Made by a program: the position numbers and the translations under genes. 44,295 bases of DNA from a virus, in UHGV virus genome UHGV-0091795. One strand, given 5' to 3'. Shown in pieces: positions 29,599 through 38,228 of this stretch. The notes beneath the pieces were generated by a model. That model did not search any database and was not told the origin of the DNA. It saw only the letters and a list, made by a program, of their open reading frames with translations. The first letter of the stretch is position 1. Each line of letters begins with the position of its first letter.

Positions 29599-29698
29599 CT
29601 AAATCAGGAAACAAGCTGTTATATGATAATAACTACGTTGCGATTCCAACATTTAAAATGTTAGACTAATGACAATCAGACAGCAACTTTTCCTTTAA

Positions 29699-30090
29699 TT
29701 ATTTCGAACAATCAGCATCCATCTCCAATCGGAGATCCAACACCATCAGCATACCCTCCACTACGCCCTCAGCTTTCTGGAGCATCCTGCCAACCCAACA
29801 ATCAGATCGCCCATGTTTACGTGCAAGCGCCATAAACGTCATGCCGCCGACATAATAGTCCACCAATAAATCATGCAAATCGCTGTTGTTCTTTTTCAGA
29901 CGGCCATGCACCCGCAAATGATCATCGCGTCATCGTCACAACATTGTGGGCGAGATTTTACTTTTGAAGGAATTAATCCCTTAAAACCGGCGGCAATGGA
30001 CGACCAGGTCACATCTTCATGATTATTAGCCGCCCACGCTCCCCAACGCTCAAGAACCATCTGAATATCACGCATCAACTTACTCCACAA
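29699..30090 (-). pseudogene. late-gene antiterminator Q (phage 82/DLP12 QuuD-like), interrupted by a -1 frameshift
   Basis: Two overlapping ORFs (29896-30090 N-terminal part with Cys cluster [14 protein letters not shown]; 29699-29917 C-terminal part [13 protein letters not shown]...) read as one protein if a single base is restored at about 29917. Confidence 0.6.
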
Positions 30091-30297
30091 AAATCAGACC
30101 AGAACGCCAATTACAAGCAAAAATCAACAAAACAGTATTAGTTGATTGTTATCTCTGACTTCATACTCCTGCTCCTGTCAGGGTTTTGGCGTAATTCTTC
30201 AGTATTCGGTAATCGGTCAAAACAGAACCGGGGAAACGATATAAGCGCAGACGCCCCCAGCGGTGGCGAAGAAGTTCTGCCATATAAAACTCAAACA

Positions 30298-30660
30298 TCA
30301 TTCATTCCCCATTTCGGTGATGGTCAGTTCCAGCCTCCCACCTTTGGTAACAGGCATCTTCACAACGCGGTAATCAACGACCTGAGCATCATCCAGCCAG
30401 AAACCTGCTTTGGTGAGTGCGTCAAAAGCGGCTTTTTGCAGATTATCCAGGTCACGGCGACGGCGATCCGGCATGTGGCACTCAATACGGATTTTCACTG
30501 GCATAGCCAGGCCGATATCCAGCATTGCGTTTTTAATGATTCGGGTGACGTTATCGCGGTATGCCTGCCCTTCTGCGCTGATGTGTGTGCGCCCGCGATT
30601 ATGGCGGTAGTAGCGGTTATTGCTCGGCGGCCAGGGTAGTGTGATGTGGTAAGTATTCAC
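30298..30660 (-). CDS. rusA: Holliday-junction resolvase RusA
   Basis: 120-aa [39 protein letters not shown]..., the RusA family signature, in the nin region. Confidence 0.85.
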   Translation of the reverse strand: MNTYHITLPWPPSNNRYYRHNRGRTHISAEGQAYRDNVTRIIKNAMLDIGLAMPVKIRIECHMPDRRRRDLDNLQKAAFDALTKAGFWLDDAQVVDYRVVKMPVTKGGRLELTITEMGNE

Positions 30661-30947
30661 GCCTTAATTACCCCCTCTTTCAGCCAGATAACCTGCGTTC
30701 TCGCCATACCTTCCAGCGCGCATTCTTTTGCATATCCAGCGTTAACAAAATTCGTGCGACGGTCGATCTCATCGTGACAGGCAGAACATGCAATGGTGGC
30801 AATCAGGTCTGGCGGTTTAATACCGGTGCCGCACAATCCAGCCAGCCGGATATGTGCCAGTACAGACGTTTCAGGATTGCCATTACATACGCCAGGGATT
30901 CTTACCTGGCATTCCCGACCACGCGCTGCTTTTCTCAAATCAGCCAT
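30657..30947 (-). CDS. YbcO-like protein (DUF1364, putative nuclease)
   Basis: Cys-rich ORF starting at MADLRK with an upstream aggagg RBS, in the nin-region position of DLP12 ybcO. Confidence 0.55.
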   Translation of the reverse strand: MADLRKAARGRECQVRIPGVCNGNPETSVLAHIRLAGLCGTGIKPPDLIATIACSACHDEIDRRTNFVNAGYAKECALEGMARTQVIWLKEGVIKA

Positions 30948-31086
30948 GGTTCCTCCTTGCTGCCAGTCGCAACCATTTTTTATCAACCAGGCTGGCGGTA
31001 TATCCGAGCAGTGTTGGTATTTCGGATGGTTTCAGCTCAGGCTTACGCTTACGACGATTTGGTACTCTGTAGATGTGTCCGCTCAT
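30940..31086 (-). CDS. ninE: NinE-like small protein
   Basis: 48-aa ORF found by manual translation ([48 protein letters not shown]), basic N-terminus, in the nin-region position. Confidence 0.5.
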   Translation of the reverse strand: MSGHIYRVPNRRKRKPELKPSEIPTLLGYTASLVDKKWLRLAARRNHG

Positions 31087-31109
31087 GACACGAATAAGCG
31101 GTGTAGCCA

Positions 31110-31565
31110 TTACGCCTCCTGCTTGTCGCGCAGCAGCTGGAACTCGCAGCTCTGCGGAATAGTCAGGTGGCAGCCAATATTCATCGCCCAGGCTTCAACC
31201 TTACACAGGAAGACATACATCTCTCCGGTATCAAGATCGGAGGTATGGCGTAATGACTGAATAGTGGTGATCTCACCGGATACGACATCAACCAGTTCTT
31301 TGGTTTCATAACCGAGATAAGTGTGTTTGAGAGCATCTTTTACCCAATCTGGAGTGGCGAACGTTTTACCCCTGCTGATGAGGTATTCACTGATTTCGCT
31401 GTACCACATGTGGCTAAGTGCATTCTGGGAAAGACTGCGTCTCTCCCGCCACGGTTTAAGCACCATGCGAAAGCATTTGCCTTCCTCCAGATAAGGCTGG
31501 ATCTGCTGGCCGATAGCGGTGAAGTTGCCGCGATGTAATTTGATGCCGTCTTGTGGGAGGTTCAC
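31110..31565 (-). CDS. YbcN-like protein (DUF1367)
   Basis: 151-aa ORF in the nin region, resembling DLP12 YbcN. Confidence 0.55.
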   Translation of the reverse strand: MNLPQDGIKLHRGNFTAIGQQIQPYLEEGKCFRMVLKPWRERRSLSQNALSHMWYSEISEYLISRGKTFATPDWVKDALKHTYLGYETKELVDVVSGEITTIQSLRHTSDLDTGEMYVFLCKVEAWAMNIGCHLTIPQSCEFQLLRDKQEA

Positions 31566-31991
31566 GCTTCACCTCCGCAGAGGTCAAACGCAGGATGCAA
31601 AAAATCGCAGGTGCATTTCTGCATCTGTGAAGGGAGAAGAGAGTTTGGATTGTATGTGCGCATAAACGTCCCCGTTTAGCGCAACCCCACCACCGGGTGT
31701 TCAGGCCGACAGTAACTATATTATTCCCTACTGATTTTTGAAAATCAAAGGTCTTTATACGTCACACGAGAGCAAATATTTCCGAAGAAGAAACCTTTCG
31801 CCTTGAAAGGATAAAGAGTTCATTTCATAAATTGAAATATTCAATAAGAATATTGCAAAAAATGAAATTATTTACTAGCGAGTCTATCTAACTGATAATT
31901 ATGAAGATTGTAAGCGGTAGCAATCACCCGCATACACATTGAACAGGATTTAATACAAAACGTCTTAAATTGTCCGTAAGGAATAGCACGA

Positions 31992-33494
31992 ATGACTCAA
32001 ACTCCTCTATTACTTGCAATCATATTTTTATTGGTTGTTCTTGTTCTTTATATAGCTGCAATCAAACGCATCAAAAAAATACAATTAGAATTAAGTGATA
32101 GCAATCAAAAAAATGAAGAATACAAATCTCGCTTTGCAGATTATTTTAATGTAGAAGAAGAATGTAAGAAGCTTATTGAGAAAACAGAGCAAGAATGCTC
32201 CATAATAAAAGAAGAATCCCTAAAAGTAAAAGAAAATGCCAATAATGAACTAACAAACACCATTGAAAAAATGGATGGTATCAATAAACAAATCCAAGAG
32301 CTAAGAAGAACTTATAAAGAGAAGAAAGAAATATATGATAAACTAGTAAGGCAAATTTCTATTTATTCAGAAGATGTTGAGCTAGCCGAACTAGGATTTT
32401 ACGAACCTCATTTTAATTTTGAAGATTCAGAGCAATTTAAAAACAAAATAAAATCCATCAGGGATGAACAGAAATTAATGCTGCGGGATAAAACCCACTC
32501 TGGCGCAGTATATTGTACAACCCAATGGACTGTTGAAGGCTCTCGAGCAGAGGGTAAAAAAATGACAGACAGAAATATCAGGCTAACTACTAGAGCATTT
32601 AATAATGAATGTGATGCTGCAATTAGCAATTGCACGTGGAAAAACATCACTAAAATGGAAGAACGCATCACAAAGGCATTTGAGGCCATAAATAAACTAA
32701 ACGAGCAAAATCACATATATATAAACACTAAATACCTCAATAAAAAACTTGAGGAATTGTGGCTTACCCATGAATATCGTGAGCAAAAACAGAAAGAAAA
32801 AGAAGAACAGGCAGAAATAAGGGCACAAATGAGAGAGGAGGAGCGTGCACAACGAGAAATAGAAAAGGCCATGCAAGACGCAGAGGCAGAAGAGCGCCGT
32901 TATAAAAAAGCAATTGAAGCTGCAAGAAAGGAAATGGAAAAAGTTACTGGTGACATGAAGCAGCGCCTCGAAAATCGCATTGCCGAACTAGAACAGAGTT
33001 TGTCGCAGGCTGAATCAAAGCATCAAAGAGCATTATCCATGGCACAACAAACCAAACAAGGTCATGTTTATATTATTTCGAACATAGGTTCTTTTGGGGA
33101 GAATGTTTATAAAATAGGCATGACACGACGTCTTGATCCGCAAGACCGTGTAAATGAGCTCGGTGATGCATCTGTTCCTTTTATTTTTGATGTACATGCC
33201 ATGATTTATTCGGAGGACGCTCCATCATTAGAAAAAAAACTACATGATGTCTTCGATAAAAAGAGAGTCAATCTTGTAAATCGTAGAAAAGAGTTTTTCT
33301 ATGTTACTCTGGATGAGATCAAAGAAGCTGTTAAAAAACACTCTGATTCAGAAATTGAATTTATTGAGACAGCAGTCGCAAAAGACTTTAATGAGTCATT
33401 GGCTATTCGTAATCATGAAAATAAAAAAAGTGACAACAGCAACTCATCAATTATACCTGAGCGAAAAACCCCAGAGTTTGCAGATGCAATTTAA
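31992..33494 (+). CDS. membrane-anchored coiled-coil protein with C-terminal T5orf172/GIY-YIG-like domain (DUF4041-like architecture)
   Basis: 500-aa AT-rich ORF. It has an N-terminal TM helix (LLLAIIFLLVVLVLYIAAI), a long Lys/Glu-rich coiled-coil, and a C-terminal block GHVYIISNIGSFGENVYKIGMTRRLDPQDRVNELGD...FFYVTLDEIKEAV typical of the T5orf172 (GIY-YIG superfamily) domain. Transcribed opposite to the flanking early-right genes. Confidence 0.6.
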   Translation: MTQTPLLLAIIFLLVVLVLYIAAIKRIKKIQLELSDSNQKNEEYKSRFADYFNVEEECKKLIEKTEQECSIIKEESLKVKENANNELTNTIEKMDGINKQIQELRRTYKEKKEIYDKLVRQISIYSEDVELAELGFYEPHFNFEDSEQFKNKIKSIRDEQKLMLRDKTHSGAVYCTTQWTVEGSRAEGKKMTDRNIRLTTRAFNNECDAAISNCTWKNITKMEERITKAFEAINKLNEQNHIYINTKYLNKKLEELWLTHEYREQKQKEKEEQAEIRAQMREEERAQREIEKAMQDAEAEERRYKKAIEAARKEMEKVTGDMKQRLENRIAELEQSLSQAESKHQRALSMAQQTKQGHVYIISNIGSFGENVYKIGMTRRLDPQDRVNELGDASVPFIFDVHAMIYSEDAPSLEKKLHDVFDKKRVNLVNRRKEFFYVTLDEIKEAVKKHSDSEIEFIETAVAKDFNESLAIRNHENKKSDNSNSSIIPERKTPEFADAI

Positions 33495-33742
33495 TTAATT
33501 TGTAGTAGCAATAAAGCAGGCATCGTTGAGAATATTTTGTCAGCGATGCTTACTTCTCTAACAAAAACGGTGATTACCAACGAACTAACGGACTTCAGGT
33601 AATCATAAGACAAATGGAACGACTCTCCGGTGATTAGATCCCTGCAATAACAGTAATTTTCTACTAACTGAAAAATCTTTAACTGCCGCTCCTATTTCTA
33701 AGCTGACTGCTAGATTACATGGTGTGTTACCGATGAAAACCG

Positions 33743-34045
33743 TCACAGCAAGTTTAAGTTCATATCTCCATACACTGCCAACACTCGTTTCATCGCGGCA
33801 CTCTGGCGACACTCCTTGAAAATCAGATTCGTGCTCACCTTTCCTTCCCGTTCTTCCCTGGTAGCGAAGCGGTAATACACCGTTCGCCAGACCTTACCAT
33901 CAATGACTAAGATTCCTGCCCGTGCCATTTTAGCCGCAGCCTGATTTATACTGGTTACTGTTGCGCCTGTTACCGCAGCAACGTCCTGCGCACAGAAGCT
34001 CTTATGCGTCCCCAGGTAATGAATAATTGCCTCTTTGCCCATCAT
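33743..34045 (-). CDS. ren: Ren protein
   Basis: 100-aa ORF MMGKEAIIHYLGTHKSFCAQDVAAVTGATVTSINQAAAKMARAGILVIDGKVWRTVYYRFATREEREGK, near-identical to lambda Ren. Confidence 0.85.
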   Translation of the reverse strand: MMGKEAIIHYLGTHKSFCAQDVAAVTGATVTSINQAAAKMARAGILVIDGKVWRTVYYRFATREEREGKVSTNLIFKECRQSAAMKRVLAVYGDMNLNLL

Positions 34046-34743
34046 ACAGTTGCTCCTTTCAGTCCGAACTTCGCTTTGATTTCTGCGATCTTCGCCAGAG
34101 CCTGTGCACGATTTAGAGGTCTACCGCCCATGACAGGAAGTTGTTTTACTGGTTCAGGTATCGCCTCACCACGGTTAATTCGCGCGGTCATACAAGTCAG
34201 TTCATCGGCAGCCTTGCGCCGTAATTCCGCATCAGTAAGCGCATTGGCCCGCATGTTCTGGTACAGGTTGGTAACCAGCCAGTAGTGCGCGTTTGATTTC
34301 CACGGATAAGACTCTGCATCCGGATACAGGCCACGCTTCCGACAATACTCATAGACCATATCAACCAGCTCGCTGACGTTTGGCAGCCCGGCGTTAACGG
34401 ATGCTTCTTCCCGGCACCAGGCAACAAACTGCCCGGGTGATGGCAGGAATGGTCGATTCTGCCGACGGGCTACGCGCATTCCTGCGTTAACCTGTTCCAT
34501 TGTGGTGATCCCGTTTTCCCGGAAAGCCAGCACCCACTGGCGGCGGATTTCGTTCAGTTCGTTCTGGTCCCGGTTAGCCACGCTCGCCGGGAAAGTTGCC
34601 AGTAACTGGCGGAACACACCATTGATAATCTGCGCTACCTGCTGTACCTGCGGCTTTTCGTCGTACTGTTCCGGCATGTTATTGGCGATCCGGCGCATCT
34701 GCTCACGGTCAAAATTAACTATCTGTGCGGCGATGTTTTTCAT
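34042..34743 (-). CDS. P: replication protein P (DnaB helicase loader)
   Basis: 233-aa ORF MKNIAAQIVNFDREQMRRIANNMPEQYDEKPQVQQVAQIINGVF..., near-identical to lambda P. Confidence 0.9.
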   Translation of the reverse strand: MKNIAAQIVNFDREQMRRIANNMPEQYDEKPQVQQVAQIINGVFRQLLATFPASVANRDQNELNEIRRQWVLAFRENGITTMEQVNAGMRVARRQNRPFLPSPGQFVAWCREEASVNAGLPNVSELVDMVYEYCRKRGLYPDAESYPWKSNAHYWLVTNLYQNMRANALTDAELRRKAADELTCMTARINRGEAIPEPVKQLPVMGGRPLNRAQALAKIAEIKAKFGLKGATV

Positions 34744-35669
34744 AGCTCCACCCCGTAAATCCAGTCAGTGTTCGTCAGGTCGAGTTTTGATTTTCCGGCT
34801 GTCACGCCAGCCTGTTGCTTGTTACGGTTGATTTCGAGTTGGGTCCACTTGTCGCGGAGTTTGGCCGGACTTAGCACGTTACCGGACCAGAAGTTGTCCT
34901 GGCATGCCCAGCGGAACAGCACGCACATGTCGCGGTGGTTACGTCCGTCACGTTCACGCATCAGGCGGATATCGTTAGCCCACCCTGCAAAATTCGGTTT
35001 TCTGGCTGATGGCGCGATGATCTTCACCATGTCAAACATCCACTCTGCGGCGGTCAGGTCTTCTGCTGTCCCCCACTTGCTGCCGCTCTGAATCGCAGCA
35101 TCCGGTTTCACCACAGGAAGGGCATTTTCTGGCTGGTCAGAGGATTCGTCAGAATTCTCGGACGAAAAAGGTTTTATATTGTCTTTTGTTAGTTTGTCTT
35201 TTGTGTTTACCTGATTCGGGTAAGTGCCTTTACCTGATTTGGGTAAACTTTTCTTACCTGATTCAGGTAAATTTATCTCTTTCAGGTAAACTTTATTTTT
35301 CTTACCTGATTCGGGTAATGTTGACCATTCACTGACCACATTATTAATGCCGATATTCCGCCCGCTCTGAATAAGAATCCCACGCTTTACCAGAACGCTT
35401 TTTGCAGCAGAACACTTGTGCGGCAATATCCCGGTTAACTCGGAAAGTTGCTCGTTGCTCACCCAATCCAGTTTTTTATTAAAGCCATATGTTTTGCGCA
35501 TGACAGCCAGGAAGACCAGAAGCTGGTGCTGTGTTAATCCGGCCAGCATTACAGCTTCCAGCAACTCATTTGCAATGCGCGTATAACCATCATCGAGATC
35601 TGCCACGCGCGGCTCCTTTTGTGCCACATCCGGCACTGGAAAATTGAATATCTCAGCAGTGTTTGCCAT
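34740..35669 (-). CDS. O: replication initiator O
   Basis: C-terminal half is near-identical to lambda O (KPDAAIQSGSKWGTAEDLTAAEWMFDMV...TNTDWIYGVEL); the N-terminal DNA-binding part is diverged. Start chosen at MANTAEIFNF with a gggagg RBS; the iterons lie inside the gene. Confidence 0.85.
   Translation of the reverse strand: MANTAEIFNFPVPDVAQKEPRVADLDDGYTRIANELLEAVMLAGLTQHQLLVFLAVMRKTYGFNKKLDWVSNEQLSELTGILPHKCSAAKSVLVKRGILIQSGRNIGINNVVSEWSTLPESGKKNKVYLKEINLPESGKKSLPKSGKGTYPNQVNTKDKLTKDNIKPFSSENSDESSDQPENALPVVKPDAAIQSGSKWGTAEDLTAAEWMFDMVKIIAPSARKPNFAGWANDIRLMRERDGRNHRDMCVLFRWACQDNFWSGNVLSPAKLRDKWTQLEINRNKQQAGVTAGKSKLDLTNTDWIYGVEL
35207..35318. repeat. replication origin iterons (O-binding sites)
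   Basis: Four copies of the 17-bp palindrome-like repeat TTACCTGATT(C/T/C)(G/G/A)GGTAA at 35207, 35230, 35254 and 35302, plus a degenerate copy near 35281, with roughly 24-bp periodicity inside O. Confidence 0.8.
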
Positions 35670-35755
35670 AATTCCTCCCGCAATGAGTGTGTTACGATTT
35701 GCACCTGAAAGTCGGTTCTGTTCGCGCAGACCGGCTTTCGCCATTTCTGAACCTG

Positions 35756-36295
35756 TCATATTGCCCCCAGCATGGTGGTGACCATCGCCATCAGTGGACC
35801 AGCCAGATCCGGGTCCACACGAAACATCGACACAATGCCTTCACTCATCTCCTTCAGTTTCTGGTGGCGTGGTGCGTTGAGAATGACAGCCTGTTTTGCC
35901 TCACTGAGTTCCTTTTCCATTTCAGCCAGCCGAGCCATGAAGCTATCCTGCTCAACCAGGTGGCCGCGATATTCCAGCGGTAGTACCGCCAGAATTGCCG
36001 GGGTCAGTTCACGCACGTTATTTCGGTATTTTTCAGAATCGAATTTGTTATCGAGGAAGCGGAACAGCTTCTGGCGTGCACGGCTGACATCATCAGGGAA
36101 ATCGATGGTGCCGCCGCCCTGCTCCCGATACTCATTCACAATGAGTGCGGCAACAACATCCTGATTATCTGCAGCCGACCAGGCGCGGACGGCATCACGG
36201 ATTTTTTCGTGGCCTGGCGCCTGTTTTGTTTGAGAACGATTTATCACCGCAGTCGGGCTAAATCCGCTAGTCTGTTGGTATGTAAGTGGTTGCAT
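35756..36295 (-). CDS. YdaT-like protein in the cII position
   Basis: 179-aa ORF immediately downstream of cro; the segment LTPAILAVLPLEYRGHL resembles Rac prophage YdaT. Confidence 0.45.
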   Translation of the reverse strand: MQPLTYQQTSGFSPTAVINRSQTKQAPGHEKIRDAVRAWSAADNQDVVAALIVNEYREQGGGTIDFPDDVSRARQKLFRFLDNKFDSEKYRNNVRELTPAILAVLPLEYRGHLVEQDSFMARLAEMEKELSEAKQAVILNAPRHQKLKEMSEGIVSMFRVDPDLAGPLMAMVTTMLGAI

Positions 36296-36325
36296 AGTAA
36301 TTGCCTTATCAGTTAACGCCGCAGA

Positions 36326-36559
36326 TTAGGCGGCAGAATTACTCGCGTTAAACAATGGTGCGAGGTCGGGACGAATATCTGCTGGTTTAATCTTTCCACC
36401 AGTGGCTGAGACAATTTTCATTACATAGCGGGCATCAATTCCGCCACCGTGTAGCCAACGCCAAACAGTGGGTTGGGCTACACCGCATAGATCTGCCAGT
36501 CGTTTTTGACTACCTGTAATACTGATTGCGAGTTGAATGGTCTGATTTGTCATCATCAA
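36326..36559 (-). CDS. cro: Cro-like HTH repressor
   Basis: 77-aa ORF with HTH (QKRLADLCGVAQPTVWRWLHG), divergent from cI, with an RBS-like aggaa upstream. Confidence 0.7.
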   Translation of the reverse strand: MMMTNQTIQLAISITGSQKRLADLCGVAQPTVWRWLHGGGIDARYVMKIVSATGGKIKPADIRPDLAPLFNASNSAA

Positions 36560-36584
36560 TTCCTATTGGTATTGCAACGAATAG

Positions 36585-36613
36585 ATAATAGCAATGCGTA
36601 TTAAACCAAGCAA
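36585..36613 (-). promoter_or_regulatory. pR-like promoter for cro
   Basis: On the minus strand: -35 TTGCTT, 17-nt spacer, -10 TATTAT, about 25 nt upstream of the cro ATG; overlaps ATAGCAAT-type motifs. Confidence 0.5.
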
Positions 36614-36627
36614 TAGCAAAACGTGTT

Positions 36628-36656
36628 TTGACCATCAATACGCAAGCGTATAAATT
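36628..36656 (+). promoter_or_regulatory. pRM-like promoter for cI (near-leaderless transcript)
   Basis: -35 TTGACC (36628-36633) with a TATAAAT-like -10 at about 36649-36656, only a few nt before the cI ATG at 36664. Confidence 0.4.
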
Positions 36657-36663
36657 AAAACTT

Positions 36664-37356
36664 ATGAAAAAAGAAACTCTTGCTGATCGCTTAAACCTAG
36701 CGATGGAACAATCTGGAATGTCTCAAGGCGCTCTTGCAAAGGCGTCTGGCGTAGCTCAACCCACAATCTGGAGACTGACAAGCGGCAACGCGCGCGGCTC
36801 AACAAAAATTGTTGAAATAGCTAATGCATTGGGTGTTCGAACAGAGTGGCTTTCATCAGGCATAGGCCCGATGAGAAATGACGGTCAACAATCAGGAAAG
36901 CCTGCTGTCAACCATTCCAAATACTTCAAGATTGACGTTCTTGATATAGAAGTCAGTGCTGGGCCGGGTGTCATCAACCGTGAGTTTGTAGAAGTCCTAC
37001 GCTCGGTTGAGTACTCGTTTGACGATGCTCGTCACATGTTCGATGGCAGGAAGGCAGAAAATATCCGCATCATTAACGTACGCGGTGACAGCATGTCAGG
37101 AACGATCGAACCAGGTGATCTGCTGTTCGTTGATATCACTGTTAAATCTTTCGACGGTGATGGTATCTATGCGTTTCTGTACGACGACACTGCCCATGTA
37201 AAGCGCCTGCAAATGATGAAGGATAAGCTGCTGGTTATCTCTGATAACAAGAGCTACTCACCGTGGGATCCGATCGAGAAAGACGAGATGAACCGAGTGT
37301 TCATCTTTGGGAAAGTTATTGGGAGTATGCCTCAGACATATAGGAAGCATGGTTAA
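36664..37356 (+). CDS. cI: CI-like repressor (HTH + S24 LexA-like autopeptidase domain)
   Basis: N-terminal HTH (MSQGALAKASGVAQPTIWRL) and C-terminal S24 motifs (VRGDSMSGTIEPGDLLFVD, HVKRL Ser/Lys dyad). Confidence 0.8.
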   Translation: MKKETLADRLNLAMEQSGMSQGALAKASGVAQPTIWRLTSGNARGSTKIVEIANALGVRTEWLSSGIGPMRNDGQQSGKPAVNHSKYFKIDVLDIEVSAGPGVINREFVEVLRSVEYSFDDARHMFDGRKAENIRIINVRGDSMSGTIEPGDLLFVDITVKSFDGDGIYAFLYDDTAHVKRLQMMKDKLLVISDNKSYSPWDPIEKDEMNRVFIFGKVIGSMPQTYRKHG

Positions 37357-37478
37357 AGTGAGGCTAAAAAACAGTTACAGCAATAGGCCTGTTGTTTTTC
37401 TTTAAACACGCAGTGTTAAACCGCTCTTTGAGATGCGGAGTAATGAGATGGAAGACTTGAATCACATAAGGGTTAGTG

Positions 37479-38228
37479 ATGGAGTGCGTAGCGAGCAGCA
37501 ATAGTGCAATACCTAATGTCGTTGAGGTAATACGTCGCATCAATGAAGGTTCCACTCAGCCATTTCTTTGCAAATGTGATGATGGGCAGTTGTATGTTTT
37601 GAAGTCAAAACCATCAATGCCCCCGAAAAATCTCTTAGCTGAGTTCATTTCGGCGTGTTTGGCTAATGATATCGGCCTTCCTTTACCTGACTTTAAAATC
37701 GTATTTGTGCCAGAGGAACTTATAGAGTACTCACCTGATCTGCAGCAACAAATTTGTACAGGATATGCCTTTGCTTCATTGTTCATTGACGGTGCAATAG
37801 CGTTAACGTTTACGCAGTCAAGAAACGAAACGATCATCCCAGTCGAACAGCAAAAATTAATCTATGTTTTTGATAAATGGATATTAAATGCAGACAGAAC
37901 GCTTACTGACAAAGGTGGAAACGTTAACATCCTTTATGACATCAGTAACGATAAGTATTATCTGATTGACCATAATCTCTCATTTGATCAGAATGCTGGA
38001 CCTGAAGATTTTTCTGTGCACGTGTACGGCCCTGGTAACCGCAAATGGCAATATGATTTAGTGGATCGCGTAGAGTACCGCCAGAGGGTCGTTAACAGTT
38101 TACACAAGCTTCCTGCTATCCTTGACGAAATTCCAGAAGAGTGGATAGTAGATGAGGAGTTTTTACCTTTTGTCTGCACTACGCTAGACAAAGGTGATTG
38201 TGATGAATTTTGGAGCGCAATAGAATGA
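37479..38228 (+). CDS. kinase-like protein (tentative HipA/PI3K-like catalytic core), first gene of the immunity-region cassette
   Basis: 249-aa ORF directly downstream of cI on the same strand; contains YYLIDHNLSFD, reminiscent of catalytic loops of HipA/PI3K-like atypical kinases. Family assignment is tentative. Confidence 0.45.
   Translation: MECVASSNSAIPNVVEVIRRINEGSTQPFLCKCDDGQLYVLKSKPSMPPKNLLAEFISACLANDIGLPLPDFKIVFVPEELIEYSPDLQQQICTGYAFASLFIDGAIALTFTQSRNETIIPVEQQKLIYVFDKWILNADRTLTDKGGNVNILYDISNDKYYLIDHNLSFDQNAGPEDFSVHVYGPGNRKWQYDLVDRVEYRQRVVNSLHKLPAILDEIPEEWIVDEEFLPFVCTTLDKGDCDEFWSAIE

Noticed and set aside
28827-30140. Possible Stx or other toxin cargo between Q and S
   Set aside because: No ORF resembling Shiga toxin A/B subunits or other known toxins was seen; the interval carries blc-like, DUF523-like, IS3 and araC-like genes instead.
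33603-33812. 69-aa minus-strand ORF between the T5orf172-like gene and ren
   Set aside because: It overlaps the 3' end of ren in another frame and lies in the convergent intergenic region; no RBS or recognisable features.
37357-37478. Possible terminator between cI and the kinase-like gene (aacag...ctgtt followed by gttttt)
   Set aside because: The stem is only 5 bp with a long loop, too weak to call; read-through from pRM into the cassette seems more likely.
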